DNA of 64,000 bases from Cyanophora paradoxa CCMP329 (GCA_004431415.1 QPMI01000159.1:1-64000); one strand, 5' to 3'; shown: positions 1 through 13,634, counted from the first letter of the stretch. The notes: generated by a model from the letters alone, not told the origin. Translations and numbers: made by a program.

Positions 1-1375
1 CCACTGGGAGCGCCCCGGTGCGATCTGATCTGATCTGATCCGATCCGATCCGATCTGACCCCGGGCGGCAGAGGTGGCGACGGTCTCGGACGACCGCAGC
101 TGCCTCGTCTTCGACCTCTGGACCGGCGTGGCGCGCCCCCCTTTCCGCCCCGTACCCCCCTCTAGATCTTACCCCTGATCGCCCGCGCTGCAGGTCAAGC
201 AGCGGCTGGAGGGCCACAAGGCCGCCGTGTACGCCCGCCCGCCCGCCCGCCCCGGCGTACCCCCCCGGCCCTAACTTGTACCCCCCGCCCGGCGGGGCAG
301 GTACGGTGTGGCGCACCAGCCGCAGGGCGAGTTCCTCGTGACCTGCTCCTTCGACCGGACGCTGGCTGTCTGGGACCCCCGGGCCGGTGCCCGCCCCGCC
401 CCCAGATCCGACCCCCGAGCCCCTCGATCTATCTCGTCTCTAGCGCCAGTGCCTCTGAGACGAGGGCCGGACGGGCGGGCGGGGCGCGCAGGGGCGCTGG
501 TGCGGCGGCTGGAGGGCCACACGGACGACGTCATCGGCGTCGACGTCGACGCCTCCGGTGCGCCCGAGAGCAAGCAAGCTTGAGTAGCTCTCAGCTACAG
601 CAAGCTGCTTTTCTAGCTTATTCACCTCGAAGGCTTAGCTTGTTCAACCAAACGACTCACCTAGACTGCGGGAACAGCGCAGCGCCCCCTCCTCCCCTCC
701 CTCCCCTCTTAACACTTCGTGGGCAGGGACGCGGGTGGCGAGCGGGTCGGACGACGGGTCGGTGCGGCTCTGGGACGCCCGCATGTGGGAGTGCCTCGCC
801 CTCCTCCGCGTCCGCCCCCGCCCATTTCTTCTCGCCCCTAGGCCTCGCGCCCTCCTCACTCACGGTCCTCTCCGCCCTCCTCCTCCTCCGCAGGAGCACC
901 GCGGGGAGGTCAAGCGCGTGCGGTTCAGCCCCAGCGGCCGGTGCCCTTCCAAGGCCCCCGCGCGGCCCCGCGCGCCGCCCCCTCCGCCCCTCACGCCCCC
1001 CCTCACCTCGCCTCTCGCGCCAGGTTCCTGGGGTCGGCGAGCGGGGACGGGACAGCGCGGGTCTGGGAGCCGGCCGACCTCTCCTGCGTTTCCGTCCTCG
1101 AGGCCCGCCCCGCCCCTCCACCCCCACAAGCTAAGCCTCGAGAGAATCTAAGAACCTTATCCCTATCCTAAGGCACCTTAGAGCCGCCCGGCGGCCACCG
1201 CCGCGCTGCGCCGCGGCTGAGGGCGGGGACGGCGCAGGGCCACAGCGACCACGTGTTCGACGTGGCGTGGGGCGCCTCGGCGGCGGGGGCGCCGGCCGCC
1301 GCCGGCCGCCCGGGCTTCCCCTTCGCCGTCACCGCCTCCCACGACCACAAGTGGCGCCTCTGGCGGCCCGCCTAG
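1..1375 (+). CDS. WD40-repeat protein, 3' part (spliced, 5' end outside window)
   Basis: Spliced exons give repeated GH...WD units: LEGHKAAVYGVAHQPQGEFLVTCSFDRTLAVWD, LEGHTDDVIGVDV..VASGSDDGSVRLWD, LEGHSDHVFDVAW..VTASHDHKWRLW; stop TAG 1373-1375. Confidence 0.9.
22..58. repeat. (GATCT/GATCC)n intronic microsatellite
   Basis: gatctgatctgatctgatccgatccgatccgatctga; similar arrays at ~3415-3460 and ~5207-5253. Confidence 0.85.
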
Positions 1376-1977
1376 GTTAGATCTAGACCTGGAGCCAGGT
1401 GCCTCAGAGCGCGAAATGCAGCGAGTTCTGGATGCAGCGCCCGGCTCCCGACACCGCGCCGGCGGCCCTGCGCGGGCGCTCGGCTCCGGAGCCTCCGGCC
1501 GGGCCTGCGCCGCTTCTGCACGCGCGGTGCGACGGTCATTGCTATGAATGTTAAAAAGCGAGCCGAAGCCGCCGGACGCCGCGGGACGCGGGGGCAAGAC
1601 TAGTACTCGATCGCGTGCTGCGTGGTCGATCCGCTGGCGCTAGCGCTAGCGCTAGCGCTGTAGCTGGCGCGCGCTGCAGTCGGTAACACAGCGAAGGCGC
1701 ATCGAACGTACGTATACGTTGCCTTGCAGAAGAGGCACGCGCGCGCAGCTCATCAAAAGCGTAATGCGCTGCTCGGACAGCGAGCCGGCCAGCCGCACGC
1801 GTCACAGCTCCGAGCAGACCTTACCCCCCCCCCATCCCGCAAACCTCCAGACCGACCGACCAGCGGCTGTGAGCAATCCGGCGCCGCCCCTACGGCCGCA
1901 GAGCAGCAAAAGGACAGAACAAGGCGCTTTGTAGCGCCGAAGTCACTCCGCCGCGTTCGCCGCCGTCGACGGACGCC

Positions 1978-4900
1978 ATGGCACATGTACAGGCTCGCGA
2001 GTCGCTCGACCGCGCGAGAGTCATTAAGACAGCGACGGCAAAGGAGCTCTTATCGAAGCGCTACAAGCAGTTCAGCAGTCTCATCGGCGATATCAACCTT
2101 GTGCGTCGCGTGCAGCCTTCCGTGGGCTCCGAGTCCGCGGCGGCCGCGGCCCTTCCCCTAGCACGCTGCCGCCTGCGCCGCCGCTCTGTCTGACCGCTCC
2201 TTTTCAGGACTTCAACGAGGAGGATGTTGTGTGCGTCTCTGTCCGCGCCGTCGAAGCCGCCGTTTAGAATGGCGCGGTCGGAGGTTACCTGCCGCGGCGT
2301 CTGCGGCCGCCGTAGCGCCCCGGCGGGGCATACCAACGCTTCTATATCACTCTTGGAAGCTCGCAAAAATGACGGGCTGGTCGCCGACGGCTTGGCGGCG
2401 GCGATACCGGCCCGCATCAGAGTCGCTGACTCCCTTTCGTCCGCGGCGCAGCATCTCGTTCCACTGTGATTACGAGAAGCTTGGTCTGCAGAAGGGCACT
2501 CTCATCTCCGTTACGGGGTCGCCGGCGTGCCTGGGTGCGGACTCCCGGGATCAAATCGCGCGTGACGTCGCCCGCGTCCGGCCGCCCGTCCGACGCCCGC
2601 GCAGGCGCTTGGGAGGTCGAGAAGTCGATTCCCATCTCCGAGCACGGGGGACTGTTCATCCACATCTCGCGCGACCTCCTTCCTTTCGGCGCGCCCCGCC
2701 CCGCCCCACTCCGCGCGCGATCAAATCTCGCGCGCCGCCCTCCATCCGAGACCTGCGGCTCATCGTGGCACGCGCGCCTCGCTGCAGAGTTCAAGTTCGT
2801 GATCCGCGGGCTGGGCGACGAGGGCAAGATTCTCTGGCAGAAGGGAGGGAACTACACGATCTCGGCGGACATCCCGACGCGCTTCGACATCGACGTCGAG
2901 TTCTACCTCGGCGAGGTCACCACGCACGACAAGAAGCCCGTCACCTTCAACGACTACTCCTGGCAGTCCGCCCTCTCCTCTCCTTCCTTCTTCCTTCCTT
3001 CCTTCCTCATTTGATCCGCCCAGGCACTACGCGTGGGCGCTCACGAACCAGAACCGGACGCGCGTGACGGTCGAGGGGGACCACATGTGTACGCGCCCGG
3101 CCTCCGTCTCCGCCTCGCCGCCCTCGCCGGTCCCTCCTGAATCGAAGCGGTCTGCAGACCTCGACCCGTCCTGTCGCCTCCGCCGCCTGCTGGACGACGC
3201 GCTCCGCATGCTCGAGGGCTCCATGACGGTTCGTTCTTTCTCTCCTTTCCTTTCCTTTCCTTTCCTTTCCTTTCCTTTCCTTTCCTTTCCTTTCCTCTTC
3301 TGAGCGCGCGCCGGGCGGCGCGCAGCCGGACTGCGGCGAGGTGGACGACGCCGAGTACAAGCGCCTCTGCAAGCGCCTCGCCGAGCTCCTGGCCCAGGTC
3401 CGCGGGCACTCGGATCGCGTCAGATCAGATCAGATCGGCTCAGATCAAATTAGATCTCGATGCTGCGGGACGCGGTGCCGCGGGGCGCGGGGCGGGAGGC
3501 GGCGGACGCGGCGGACGCCTTTGTGGAGCAGGTGGCTGCCCTCTACGGCCTCTCCGTCGCCACCGGCGGCCTCGGCGGCGCCCCCGCCGGCGAGCCCGGC
3601 AGCCCCGCCGGCGCCCGTGCCGTCTCCTTTCGCCAGTCCGGCAGCACGCGGTCCGCGGCCGCCCCGATTCCCGTACCCCCCTTCCACGCGCCCGCCCGAC
3701 GTACCCCCGTGCAGGTCGCTGGCGGTTCCGAAGAACGGGAGCATGCACGCCCGCTCGTCGCTCCGGCCCCAGCAGCTCTGCTACAACCTCGTCTGGGACC
3801 GTCCCGGTACCCCCGCTCCTGCGTTTCCCCTAAATTCGTATAACCCTGAAGCTCGCGGCAAGGCTCGGAGTCCGAGGGCGTTTCCGGCATTCCCTGGGAG
3901 GTGCGTGCCCGCCAGACGAGCCGTAGCCCCGGGCCCGACCGAGTCCCGTACCCCCCGCAGGTCACCCAGATCTCGAGCCCCGGGGAGGCCCCCGTTGGGG
4001 AGTCCCGCAGCTTCCGCGTCGAGGTAAATACGTACCCCCCTGCTGCCCTCCGCCCCGCCCTTAACATCGTGTTTTCCCCAGGCCCGCGCCGGCAAGCAGG
4101 ACCGGCACCCGCTCGCCTCCTCGGCCACCGTTCGTCCATCCCTGAAACGGCGTACCCCCCTCGCATCCAACGCCGGGCCGCAGGGCCTGCTCCGGATCCC
4201 GGAGGCGCCCGGGGTGAACACGGCGAGCCGGCTGCCCTCGGCGCCGCAGTGCCTGCGGGCGGCCGCGACCTCCTCCCTCGGGAACGTCCCGGCGGCCGTC
4301 TCCCTCGAGTGGGCCGCCCCCGTCCACGCCGGCTCCAGCCCGATCAAGGTACCCGCCTTGGAGCGAGACGCGTGCACTCGCCAGAGATCGCCCGCCTGAG
4401 CGGGGCGGGGCGCGCCCCCCGCCCGCTCGCGCGCAGAGCTACGAGCTGATGTGCAACAACATGGTGATCGCGACGGTGCCGGCCGGCGAGCGCCCGATGT
4501 ACGTCGCGACGGCGCCCTCCCTCCCGCGGGCCGCCCCCGCCCCGGCCGCCCCCTACACCTTCACCGTCGCCGCCCGCAACAGGTGCCCCCCGCCCCCGCC
4601 CCCGCCCGCACCCCCGCGCGCTCACTCGCTCGAGCAGCGACGGGGTGGGCGAGTCCTCGCTGCCGGCGCTCTGCTACCCCGCGGACGGCGCCGGGGACGG
4701 CTCCGCCATCCCCATGGCCCTCTTCTTTGACGCCGCCCGCCGCCCGGTCCGTCCGCCCGTCCGCCCCTCCGCAGCCCGAGCGGCCCCCGGCCCGCTGCCT
4801 GTCGAGCGGCCCGCCCGCCCGCCCGCCCGGCGCGCAGGTCGTGGCGTGGGGCCTGCACGGCGCCGCCGTCGAGTGGGCCGACCGCGACACCTCCGTGCGC

Positions 4901-5806
4901 CCCTTCAGCCCTCTCCGCGCCCATCGGCGCCGTCGGCTCTTCTAAACCGGCCGGGCAGGAGGACCCGTCGGAGGAGGCGCGGATGCGGCGGGCGCGGCGC
5001 ATGGGCGAGTTCGTCAAGCTCTCCAAGATGGTCCGCCCTCCCCCGCCCGCCCCGAGATCTTAGGTCCGAGGCGAGGAATCTAGAAGCCAGGCCATCCTCG
5101 GCCGCACCGCTCCGCACGGCGCTCACGCGGGCGCAGGTGCCTGGGAAGGACGCCGTCGTCGCCGTCCTCCTCGCCCTCCGCGACGCCTACGCCCGCATCC
5201 GCGGTCAGACCAGATCTGATCCGATCCGATCCGATCCGATCCGATCTGATCCGGTGGCGACCAGAGCTGGAGGGCGAGTGCGAGCGGCTGCGGCAGCGCC
5301 TGGCCGAGGAGGTGGCCGAGAACGAGAAGCTCCGCGCCGAGATCCAGAAGAAGGCGCCCCCGAACGCTCCCTTGCACCCCCCCGTATCCCTCTGATGACG
5401 TACCCCCCGCGGGCGCAGCTCAAGGAGATCGCGGAGCTGCTCATGAAGGTCCAGGACCTCGAGCGGCAGCTCGCCGACGTGCGTACCCCCCCTCCCCCCC
5501 CCCGGCCTCTTCCGAACTCGCCCCGCCTCGCAGTGCGCGCGACCGGGGATGCCGCGGAGCCTGGAGGCGTCGGAGGTGGCGCCGACCTCGTGCCGCCTCT
5601 CCTGGCTCGGGCCCGACCGCGACTTCGTCTCCGTCCCCGGCGGCGACACCGCCGTCCGCTACTACGAGGCCCGCCCCTTGCTCTAGACCTCCTCCTCGGC
5701 CCCGAGCTTGGGAGAAGCCGGCTCGGCTCGCAAAGAAAGAACGCTTAAGCGAGCCCGCGTCCTCCCCCGCGCGGCTCGCCGGCGCCCTCTCCCTCCCTCC
5801 CCGCAG

Positions 5807-5847
<41 letters not shown>

Positions 5848-7635
5848 GGGCCCGGCTCACCCCCCTGCAGGTGTTCAAGGGGACGCAGCGGGTGGGAAAG
5901 GTGGACGCGGGGTGGGGCCCCTCGCCCTCCTCCCCCACTCCTTCAAGGTACCCCCTCCTCCCCCCCTTTCTCTAGAGCCGCCCCGTCTTCTGCGCCCGCC
6001 GAGCCTGACGGGGTACGGCGCAGGTGGAGGGCCTGGCGCCGGGCGAGCACGCGGCCTTCGCCGTGCGGGCCGTCTCGGCCAGGGGCGAGGGCCCCGCCAC
6101 CCTGCCCCTCTCCGTCTCCACCCCCCTCCACCCCCTGCCCCCGGCCCCCGGCGGCCTCCGCTGCCTCGACCAGGGCTACACCTCCGCCTCCGTCGCCTGG
6201 GACGCCGGCCGGCCCCTCGACGGCGCCGCCGCCGCCGCCGCCGGCGGGGGCGCCTCGGACCAGGGGTACAACGTGTACCTGGACGGGCGGGCGGCGGCGC
6301 GGACGGACCCGGGCGTCTGCAAGGCGCGCCTGACGGGCATCGACCCAAAAGCGCCGCACGTCGTCACGGTCGCCGCGCTGGGCCCGCACGGCGAGGTGCG
6401 CGGGCCCGCCGCCTTCATCCGAGATCGAGATCGAGCTCGCTCTGCCCCCGGCTCCCTCCCTCCCGACTTCGTCGGCCCCTCACCGCGCCCCCTCTTCGCC
6501 GCCAGGGCCCGAAGTCTGCGCCGCTGGCCATCTACACGGGGGCCATCGGCGGCTCGGTCTACAGCCTGAAGGCCGCCCAGGACGGCATGCGCGGCGTCAA
6601 GCTCACGTGGAAGGCGCGCCCGCGCGCGCGCGCGCGTGCCCGCCCCCCCCCCCCCCCTCCCCCCCCCCCCCCCGCCCCCCCCCCCCCCCCCCCCCCCCGG
6701 CACCTCTCGCCTCGCCCTCGTGCTTGCCCCCGTACCCCGAGCTTGCCTGCTCACTCCCACCCCAGCTGCCGGCGGTGCTGCTGGACTCGGGGATCGAATC
6801 CTTCGACGTCCTTTGCGACGGCGCCAAGGTCGCGAACGTCCAGGTCCGGAGCCGAACCCTCGCCCCCGCCCTCGCCCCCGCCCCCGCCCTCGCCCGGCCC
6901 TCGGATCGGAGCCCGAGCCGGCGCGCGCAGGTGCCGCCGCCGCTGCCGGCGACGCGCGAGGTGGCCCTCGAGCACCTCCACACGTCCTTCAAGAGCGGCG
7001 AGTCGCGGTGCGCGCCGGCCCCGCCCCCGCCCCCGCCCCAGCCGCTCTGACCATGACGGCCGCGCAGGGCCTTCACCGTGTCGCCTCTGCCCGCCGGGAC
7101 CGGCCCCGCGTCGAACCCGGTCATCGTGCTCGCCATCGGCGTCGAGTCGGTCCGTCCGCGCCCCCGCCCGCCCGCGGAGCGTCGCCCGGACTGATCGCCG
7201 GGCCGGGGGCGGACGGGCGCGCAGGACGGGGCGATCGTGGTGGGGGTGGTGGACCTGGACCAGAGGTCCGCGCTCACGGACCGGGCCCCGTTCCTGCCCC
7301 CGCGGCCCCGCGCCATCTTCGCCGACGACGACGAGGACGTGCGCTCATTTCCACACGAATCGTATTATATATCTGGCTTCGTTTCCAGTGATATTGCATT
7401 TTTCCATTTCCCAATTTTCAATCTAGACTGCTTTTTCTGTACAATTCTGAGCAGAGATCGGAGAGATCTGAGGCGGGCGCCGGGGCCGCAGACGGAGGAC
7501 CTCTTTGGGTGCGTCGCCAGCAAGAAGAAGAAGGAGAAGGAGGCGGCGAGGGCGGCCGAGGCGGCCCGCGCCAGGCCCGAGGGCAACGGCGAGCCCCTCC
7601 TCTCCCCCCGCTCCTGGCTCAAGCTCTTCAGCTAG
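1978..7635 (+). CDS. Large multi-exon protein: CBM20 starch-binding domain, fibronectin type III repeats and coiled coil
   Basis: ATG 1978; CBM20-like ISVTGSPACLG|AWEVEKSIPI...EFKFVIRGLGDEGKILWQKGGNY; FN3-like PSAPQCL..VSLEWAAPVHAGSSPIK|SYEL..YTFTVAARN and EGLAPGEHAAFAVRAVSARGEGP; heptad-like exons ~5260-5480; stop at 7635. Exon boundaries partly inferred. Confidence 0.75.
3236..3300. repeat. (CTTTC)n intronic microsatellite
   Basis: tcctttcctttcc... run inside an intron of the CBM20-FN3 gene. Confidence 0.85.
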
Positions 7636-8859
7636 CCCCGATGCCCGAGCTCGTTGGCCTAGGCCTCTTCATTCCGGGCCCTCCTCACGGCCGCCGCGCG
7701 CGGCATCACACACCGACACACCTTCGAATTCATGGCATTCGATCATTGCAATGCATGCAGGCTACGTTACTTGTAATACTTGGCAGACGAATTTCCGTTT
7801 AGCTGTGTATGGTTAATTCTTTGCGCCTCCCGCGCTGCGCCTGTTGTGGCCAGTATCTATAGTGTGGCTGTATTCGTAGAGCAAACGTCGACTCAGCAGC
7901 CTGGCAGCTAGAGTAATACTACTATGATACGCCGGTAGGCCGAAAGGGAGTCATGACTCATGATCAGTGGCGATATGGATGCCATATGCATCATGTACAG
8001 TTGCAGAAGTGACCCAGCCTGGGCCAGTTATTAATATTTGAATTTGAATCATTTGCACATGAACCGTTGAACCGTCACGACGGCGTTACGTAACTTGCGT
8101 TCACGTTGATCATGAAACTGCACGTGAGGGCGCGGCATGAGGGAGGGAATCTCAGGGAAGTCATACGGGAAGTCCGCACTGCGGCAGCTACCAGCTAGGC
8201 TAGCGCACCGTGGCACGTGCACTGCGGGATATCGATGCCGCAGTGCGCCGCGCCGGCATTAATTGCGCCGCGAATTTGCGCGCAGAACCGTGAGAACTAG
8301 AATTCGAAGCGGCACTGCTGCGGCATGCGCGCGCAGGCTGCGCAGCTGCTCAGGCTGCTGACTCATCATGATCAGTGCTGAGCTGCAAAACTTCCGAAGT
8401 TCCGATCATCCGATCATCGGATCGCGAAGTTCCGAATTCGAATTTCGAAGCTCGATATCGAACTTCGGAATTACAAGTATATACAATGAATTCGAACATG
8501 ATTCATGACCGTCGGACCATGTTGATCCGACTTGATCGGCCTTGATGCCAACATTGCCAAGTTCATGGGCCATGGCCAAGGCCAATGATGGCATCGTAAA
8601 ATTCCAATTGCATGAATCTGCAGCCTGCAGGCTGCAGCTGAGGGCCTGAGGCTGCTGAGCACGATCGCGATCGATAGCTATAGATTCATGGGACCGGATC
8701 ATGATCATGATCTAGATTTTTAGTACTTAAACTGTACTTTAGCTTTAGCTAGATACTCGAGCTCTATCTTTTTCTGTAAATCGTTTACGATCGTGATCTT
8801 GTAAGCTTTTGTGTGAACTTGAAGCTTTAAAAATATTTCAAGATAAACCAAGTTTAACG

Positions 8860-9365
8860 CAGTGATGCTAAACTTTCACTTTCCAAACTTTCAACTTGAA
8901 AATTTTCATGTAAATTTTCAGTAAATTTTCACCTCCAAAATGAGCAATGAAAACTTTCAATAAATTTGCAAGGGGGGTACTCTTGAAGAGGCCATTCTGG
9001 GGCGTTTCACGCCATAAACGAGGGTCAAATCCGTCGAAATACGAGACTATGGAGGCCTGGACACATTCTGGCGGTCTCTGCTGGTGTTAAGAGACCTGAG
9101 TATGCACTTTCTCAGGAACCGTACCCCCCTCCTCAACGTGAAAAGAACGGCAAAGATACATCTGCACATCGTGCACTTGTAATACAAAGGTTGTCGATGA
9201 CATCCTAACGCATATCGCTCGTGTCTAGAGGCTTCTCTGCAGAGAAACGTGTCACTTTCGCTGTGCAAGTAAACTTTGTATGGGTGAAAATATTTGCTGA
9301 AAGTTTTCGAAAGTTTACTGAAAATTTACAGGGCATTTTGGGATAATAAAATTTCAGCAACACTG
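8860..9365. mobile_element. hAT-type non-autonomous element (MITE), ~506 bp
   Basis: Imperfect TIRs CAGTGATGCTAAA / CAGTGTTGCTGAA; perfect 8-bp TSD GTTTAACG at 8852-8859 and 9366-9373; AT-rich subterminal repeats (aaactttc/aaattttc). Confidence 0.85.
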
Positions 9366-9441
9366 GTTTAACGTTACTAGTTAACCAACTTGAAACGCCC
9401 GCGCGCACAACGCCGCACATGTACAGCGGCGTACGCGTAAC

Positions 9442-9935
9442 CAGGGATGTGAAAATTATTGGGGGTCCCCCGAGGGTCCAAAAATTATGGCGATAATTTT
9501 TGCCTTGTATGTATAATTTATGGAAAATTATGGGAAAAATTATGCCATACAAAGCGGAAAAGTTTCGTTGCTCAGCCTTGTTTCGTTGCTCAGAAGCATT
9601 ATATGCATGTTAGAGTGCTTTATTGACTCTCACAGATATGTCCTGGGCCGCTAATGACGCTCTGGAGCAAGGATGGCTGGGTGACAGAGGGGGGGTAGGG
9701 GCTCTTAGAGGGGGGAAGAGGCGCCGACGCACCTCGCATTCAGCACCCGCAAAGCAGCCTTATTTGCTTCCAACACACTGTAGATCTATCTTATAACGTT
9801 TAGAGGCGCCAGGGGGGTGTCCTCTAAAAATTTTCTATAAATTATGGATGGCCGAAACGGGGGGCAAAAATTATCCCATAATTTTTCGAAAAATTATGGA
9901 ATACTTTTTCCATAATTTATGGGCGGCGAACCCTG
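9442..9935. mobile_element. hAT-type non-autonomous element (MITE), ~494 bp
   Basis: Ends CAGGG...CCCTG; perfect 8-bp TSD CGCGTAAC at 9434-9441 and 9936-9943; clustered AAAATTATGG subterminal repeats at both ends. Confidence 0.8.
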
Positions 9936-10533
9936 CGCGTAACATGCATATGTACAATGTACAGCGCTAGCGGCGCACACGCAGAGTTTCTCGCGACCTG
10001 TTCCTTTTTTTCGTTTTTGATTTTGTTTTTGAAGCGAGTCACTCGCAATTAAATCGTCGAGTGACTCATGTCCAAAGTTGCTCATGGGACGTCAAGCCCT
10101 CCAGTTGGGCTTCGAAAAGAAGGCCTGTTGGCCGGCACATGACAGACAAGACAGATTGTGATACGCACCGTGAATCCGTGATGATTCACGTGACAACAAG
10201 CTAATTGAAGCTATATATAGCTAAATCACCATCCGAAGTATATACGAATCATAATACGATCATGTTACGAATCTTACGATGGGCCATGGCCCATGGGCCA
10301 TGGGCTAGAGCCTAGAAGTAGCCGCACGTGCAGTGGTGCACTCGATCTCTCGAGAGTCGAGATCTAGACTCTCGAGCTCGCCTACTCGACGACGATCGCG
10401 ATTCGCGAGTACGTAATGGAGCCAAGTATACTAGTCGCGAGACTCGCGCGCGACTCGCGATCGACGTACGCGCGTCCGGATCCGCGACTCAGTGACTGTA
10501 CATGTCGACGTCCGGCCGCGGCGGCGGCCTATA

Positions 10534-10899
10534 CTGTAATTCGGGTAATATCTAAGACCCCAAAATAATTAGTAATCCCGCGGGCCGGGTCTCGTCGGTT
10601 TAATAGGCTGAAAATAATTAAGAGATGGCCACGCGGATCGAGCGCTTGAATTAGTAGCGGCCTTTAGAAGGGGGTGGGCGCGGCGCTCGCTAGGGGGTCT
10701 TGATCTGTTGGAACGTCCGGGAGCCCCCTCGCACCACAGCTAGCTTCTCCCGCGCGGCAACTATGGCTGCGCGAGTGGGGTACAAGCGGCTGACCTCTCT
10801 AATTATTTTAAGGCGAAGTCAAGACGAAATCAAGAGTCAAGACTCAAGAGGCTGGCGGATTAATTTTCGCCAGCATTTCCGGGTTTTGGCGAATTAAAG
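10534..10899. mobile_element. Possible degenerate TA-target (Tc1/mariner-pogo-like) MITE
   Basis: TA|CTGTAATTCG ... CGAATTAAAG|TG (9/10 inverted match); inverted AAAATAATTA/TAATTATTTT subterminal motifs; right TA not intact. Confidence 0.35.
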
Positions 10900-11002
10900 T
10901 GCTGGCGGATATTCGATCGTACTATGAGTCTATGATATGATAGCGCTAGATGTATAGCAGTATTATAGCTAGCTCCGATCCGGATACTGTATACAGTATA
11001 CG

Positions 11003-11465
11003 TAGGAATGCTTAAATTGCTGCGTAGTGAAATTGCCGAATTCGACCAAAACCGGAATTGCCGTGGCGATAAATTGCCGAAACTCTGGATTTTTTCTATG
11101 GCGCCATACAAAAGCGGCCGTTTAGCCCTACCCCCGGAGAATTGCCGTGGCTTACAATTGCCGAATTCAGCAGCGAATTTCAGCCTCTCGGCAATACTGT
11201 AAAACATGCAATATCCACTGTTATCCAGCGTCACTTTATTTCGGCAAAACCCGAAAAATGCGCCGAAATTGTGGTTCGTCGGCATCATATTTTCGGCAAA
11301 ACAGCCAGTCCGACCAGGCGGCGGGTACATTGATCCCTCTTCTGCCATACATCTGCACAATTCTGGCAGCTTCAAATATTCGGCGTCGCGAGGCTATGCC
11401 GAATATTATAAGTGCCGCCGGAGATTTCATGTTTTACAGTATACGGCAATTTAAAACATCGGCTA
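11003..11465. repeat. MITE-like remnant with many AATTGCCG/CGGCAA motifs
   Basis: Loose inverted ends TAGGAATGCTTAAATTGC vs rc TAGCCGATGTTTTAAATTGC; repeated aattgccg; no clean TSD. Confidence 0.35.
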
Positions 11466-13072
11466 AAAAAGCACCTGAAAGTAACGGTACCCACCTGATC
11501 ATGAGCGTACGCCGTACGGTACGGTCGATCTCAGCTGCAGTTACTGTAGTACGGTCGATCTGCAGCGCGCGAGCGGCCGCGGCGAGCGAGCTCTGGACTC
11601 TGGAGGCAAGCCTTGAAGTTCAAGTTAAGGTGCGCAGCAGCTAACTTAGATTAGATTGGGTTCGTGATCCTCGGTGCAGCCCTGGCAGAAGCGTTCATGT
11701 TGAACAACGGTTGCCGCCGCAACTTCAAGGCTTGCCGGCCGGCGACTCATAATCAAAGTTGCGGACTTCTTCGCGTGTGCGATCCTCTCAAGTGCGCATG
11801 CTCTCTCTACTCTTACATGCGCTTCTCTACTCTTACATGCATATGCTGGACTCTTACTAAGTTAGTCTGTCGCAGGAGCTGGACGTGTGCGGTTGACGTC
11901 GCGGCGGCCGCGGTCGAGGTCGGCGACTTGAGCAAGGCTACCGTGGCCGACGCCGCTGCAGCGCCTCGCGAGCAACCGCAGCGTTAACGTCTGACGAGCT
12001 CGAGCAACTGGCGGAGGCGTCCAGCTGCAGGCTGCAGGCTGCTCTCGGCGCGCGCGCGCGCTCCGACAGTCGAGGTCGATCGTCCGACGGCCGCGGCCGC
12101 GGCCGCGGTCAAAGGCCCGACGGCGGCGGCCGCGCGCGGGCGCACGCAAGCGATCGAGAGCATCAATAACCAGAACAGCAGCACCTATACGTAGTTAAGC
12201 GTGCAACGTATGGTCCAGCGAGTACTTCCCGCTGCAGCTGATTCGAGAATGGCCGACAACACGTTTCGGCTGTCCAAGCGCAAGTCCGTGCACACGCATA
12301 TCGTTCCGTTCGCATATCTTCTCATTTGCTGACCGAACATGCACCGCACGCGTGCTTGCAACTGTCGACGTCGTCGTGCAGCTTGGCCAAAGTTCAAGGT
12401 GGGTCTGGATGAATATTGTCGATGCCATCGCTAGCCTTTATCCAAAGCCTGGAAGCTTGACTTTGCGAGAACGTATGAGTCTTGGCTAAAGTTTAAGCTC
12501 TAAGCATGCGCATCTATAACGATACGAATGCGTACACACACATATATGTTCGGCCCGCCTGCGAGTATATATGCGCATGACCTCTTTCGATATCGCGGCC
12601 AGGGAGTTTCTTTACGGCGGAGGACTACCAGGTGGATGCAGGCGGAGTACGGTCTTTTATTATGATTGCAGAACAGGTGCCTGCGCCCGCGGCCTTTTAA
12701 TTATATGATTATGCTTGCGTTGGCGTCGACTTGGCACACGGACTCGGCGGTGCATTTAGATCCTGTGATCCCCGTACGCTGTGACTCCTTCTCCTAGATC
12801 TCCCCGCCCACGCATATGCATTGAATATCTGCTCTACAGCGCTAGCTATAGCTTAGCTATAGGCCTTCCGTTCTTTCCATGGCCGTTAAGACATCCATCG
12901 GATTCGAATATATATATTTTTAAACATCCAAGCTTGAGTCTAGAGATTCAGATCTAGAAGACCTCGCTCGCGATCGCATCCACGTCGACACATTAACCTC
13001 GAATTCGAAGTCTCGAATGCTGACGCGCCTCGTGGGCGCAGCGCTACCGCCTTGGCCTCTCGCGCGCCTTCG

Positions 13073-13634
13073 ATGAGGGCGAGCGGGCCCGGTGGGCCGG
13101 CAAGGGGGTCGCCGTCAGCCTCCTGTACGGTGCCCCACGCGCTCCGGCGCCCGCGCGCCCGCGCTCGCCCCGACCCACGCGTGTGGTCTTGACCCCCGGC
13201 GCAGAGACGGGGCAGGTGGTCACGCACAAGAAGCAGAGCGCGCGGGACCGCGGGGAGGCGGACAAGCCGCCTTTCATCCTCTTCCCCGGCGTCACGGGCG
13301 GCAAGGGGCAGCCCTGCGTCACCCTGGGTCCGTTCCCTTCCCTTTCTGCTGCCCCCGTCCGACGCCGACGGCGGGTTGCACCCTCCCGTCGCCCTCGGCC
13401 ACGCGGCAGCCGGGCGGGTACAGGAGGATGGCGAGTGCGATTTCACTTTTTCTGTCGTGACAACCTCGGTGCGCCCGGCCGCCCGCCCCCCGCCCGCCGC
13501 CGGGGCCCCTAGGCCTGCCTTCCCGCCGCCAGTTCGAATTCGCGGCCTCGATCTGATCTCCGTCGCGCGCGCGCAGTTTATGGTGCGAGCCGCACGCCGG
13601 TCGCGGTCTGGGGCCCGCTCGCGCTTGAAAGCTT

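Noticed and set aside
5708-7426. Long Arg/Pro/Gly-rich ORFs in the track (e.g. 5708-7426, 38646-40148, 43007-44413, 51764-53665, 55394-57166)
   Set aside because: They are off-frame or antisense read-throughs of GC-rich spliced genes with no domain signal of their own
11640-12430. Short ORFs at 11.6-12.4 kb as a gene
   Set aside because: No consistent spliced frame or domain could be assembled; possibly a decayed fragment
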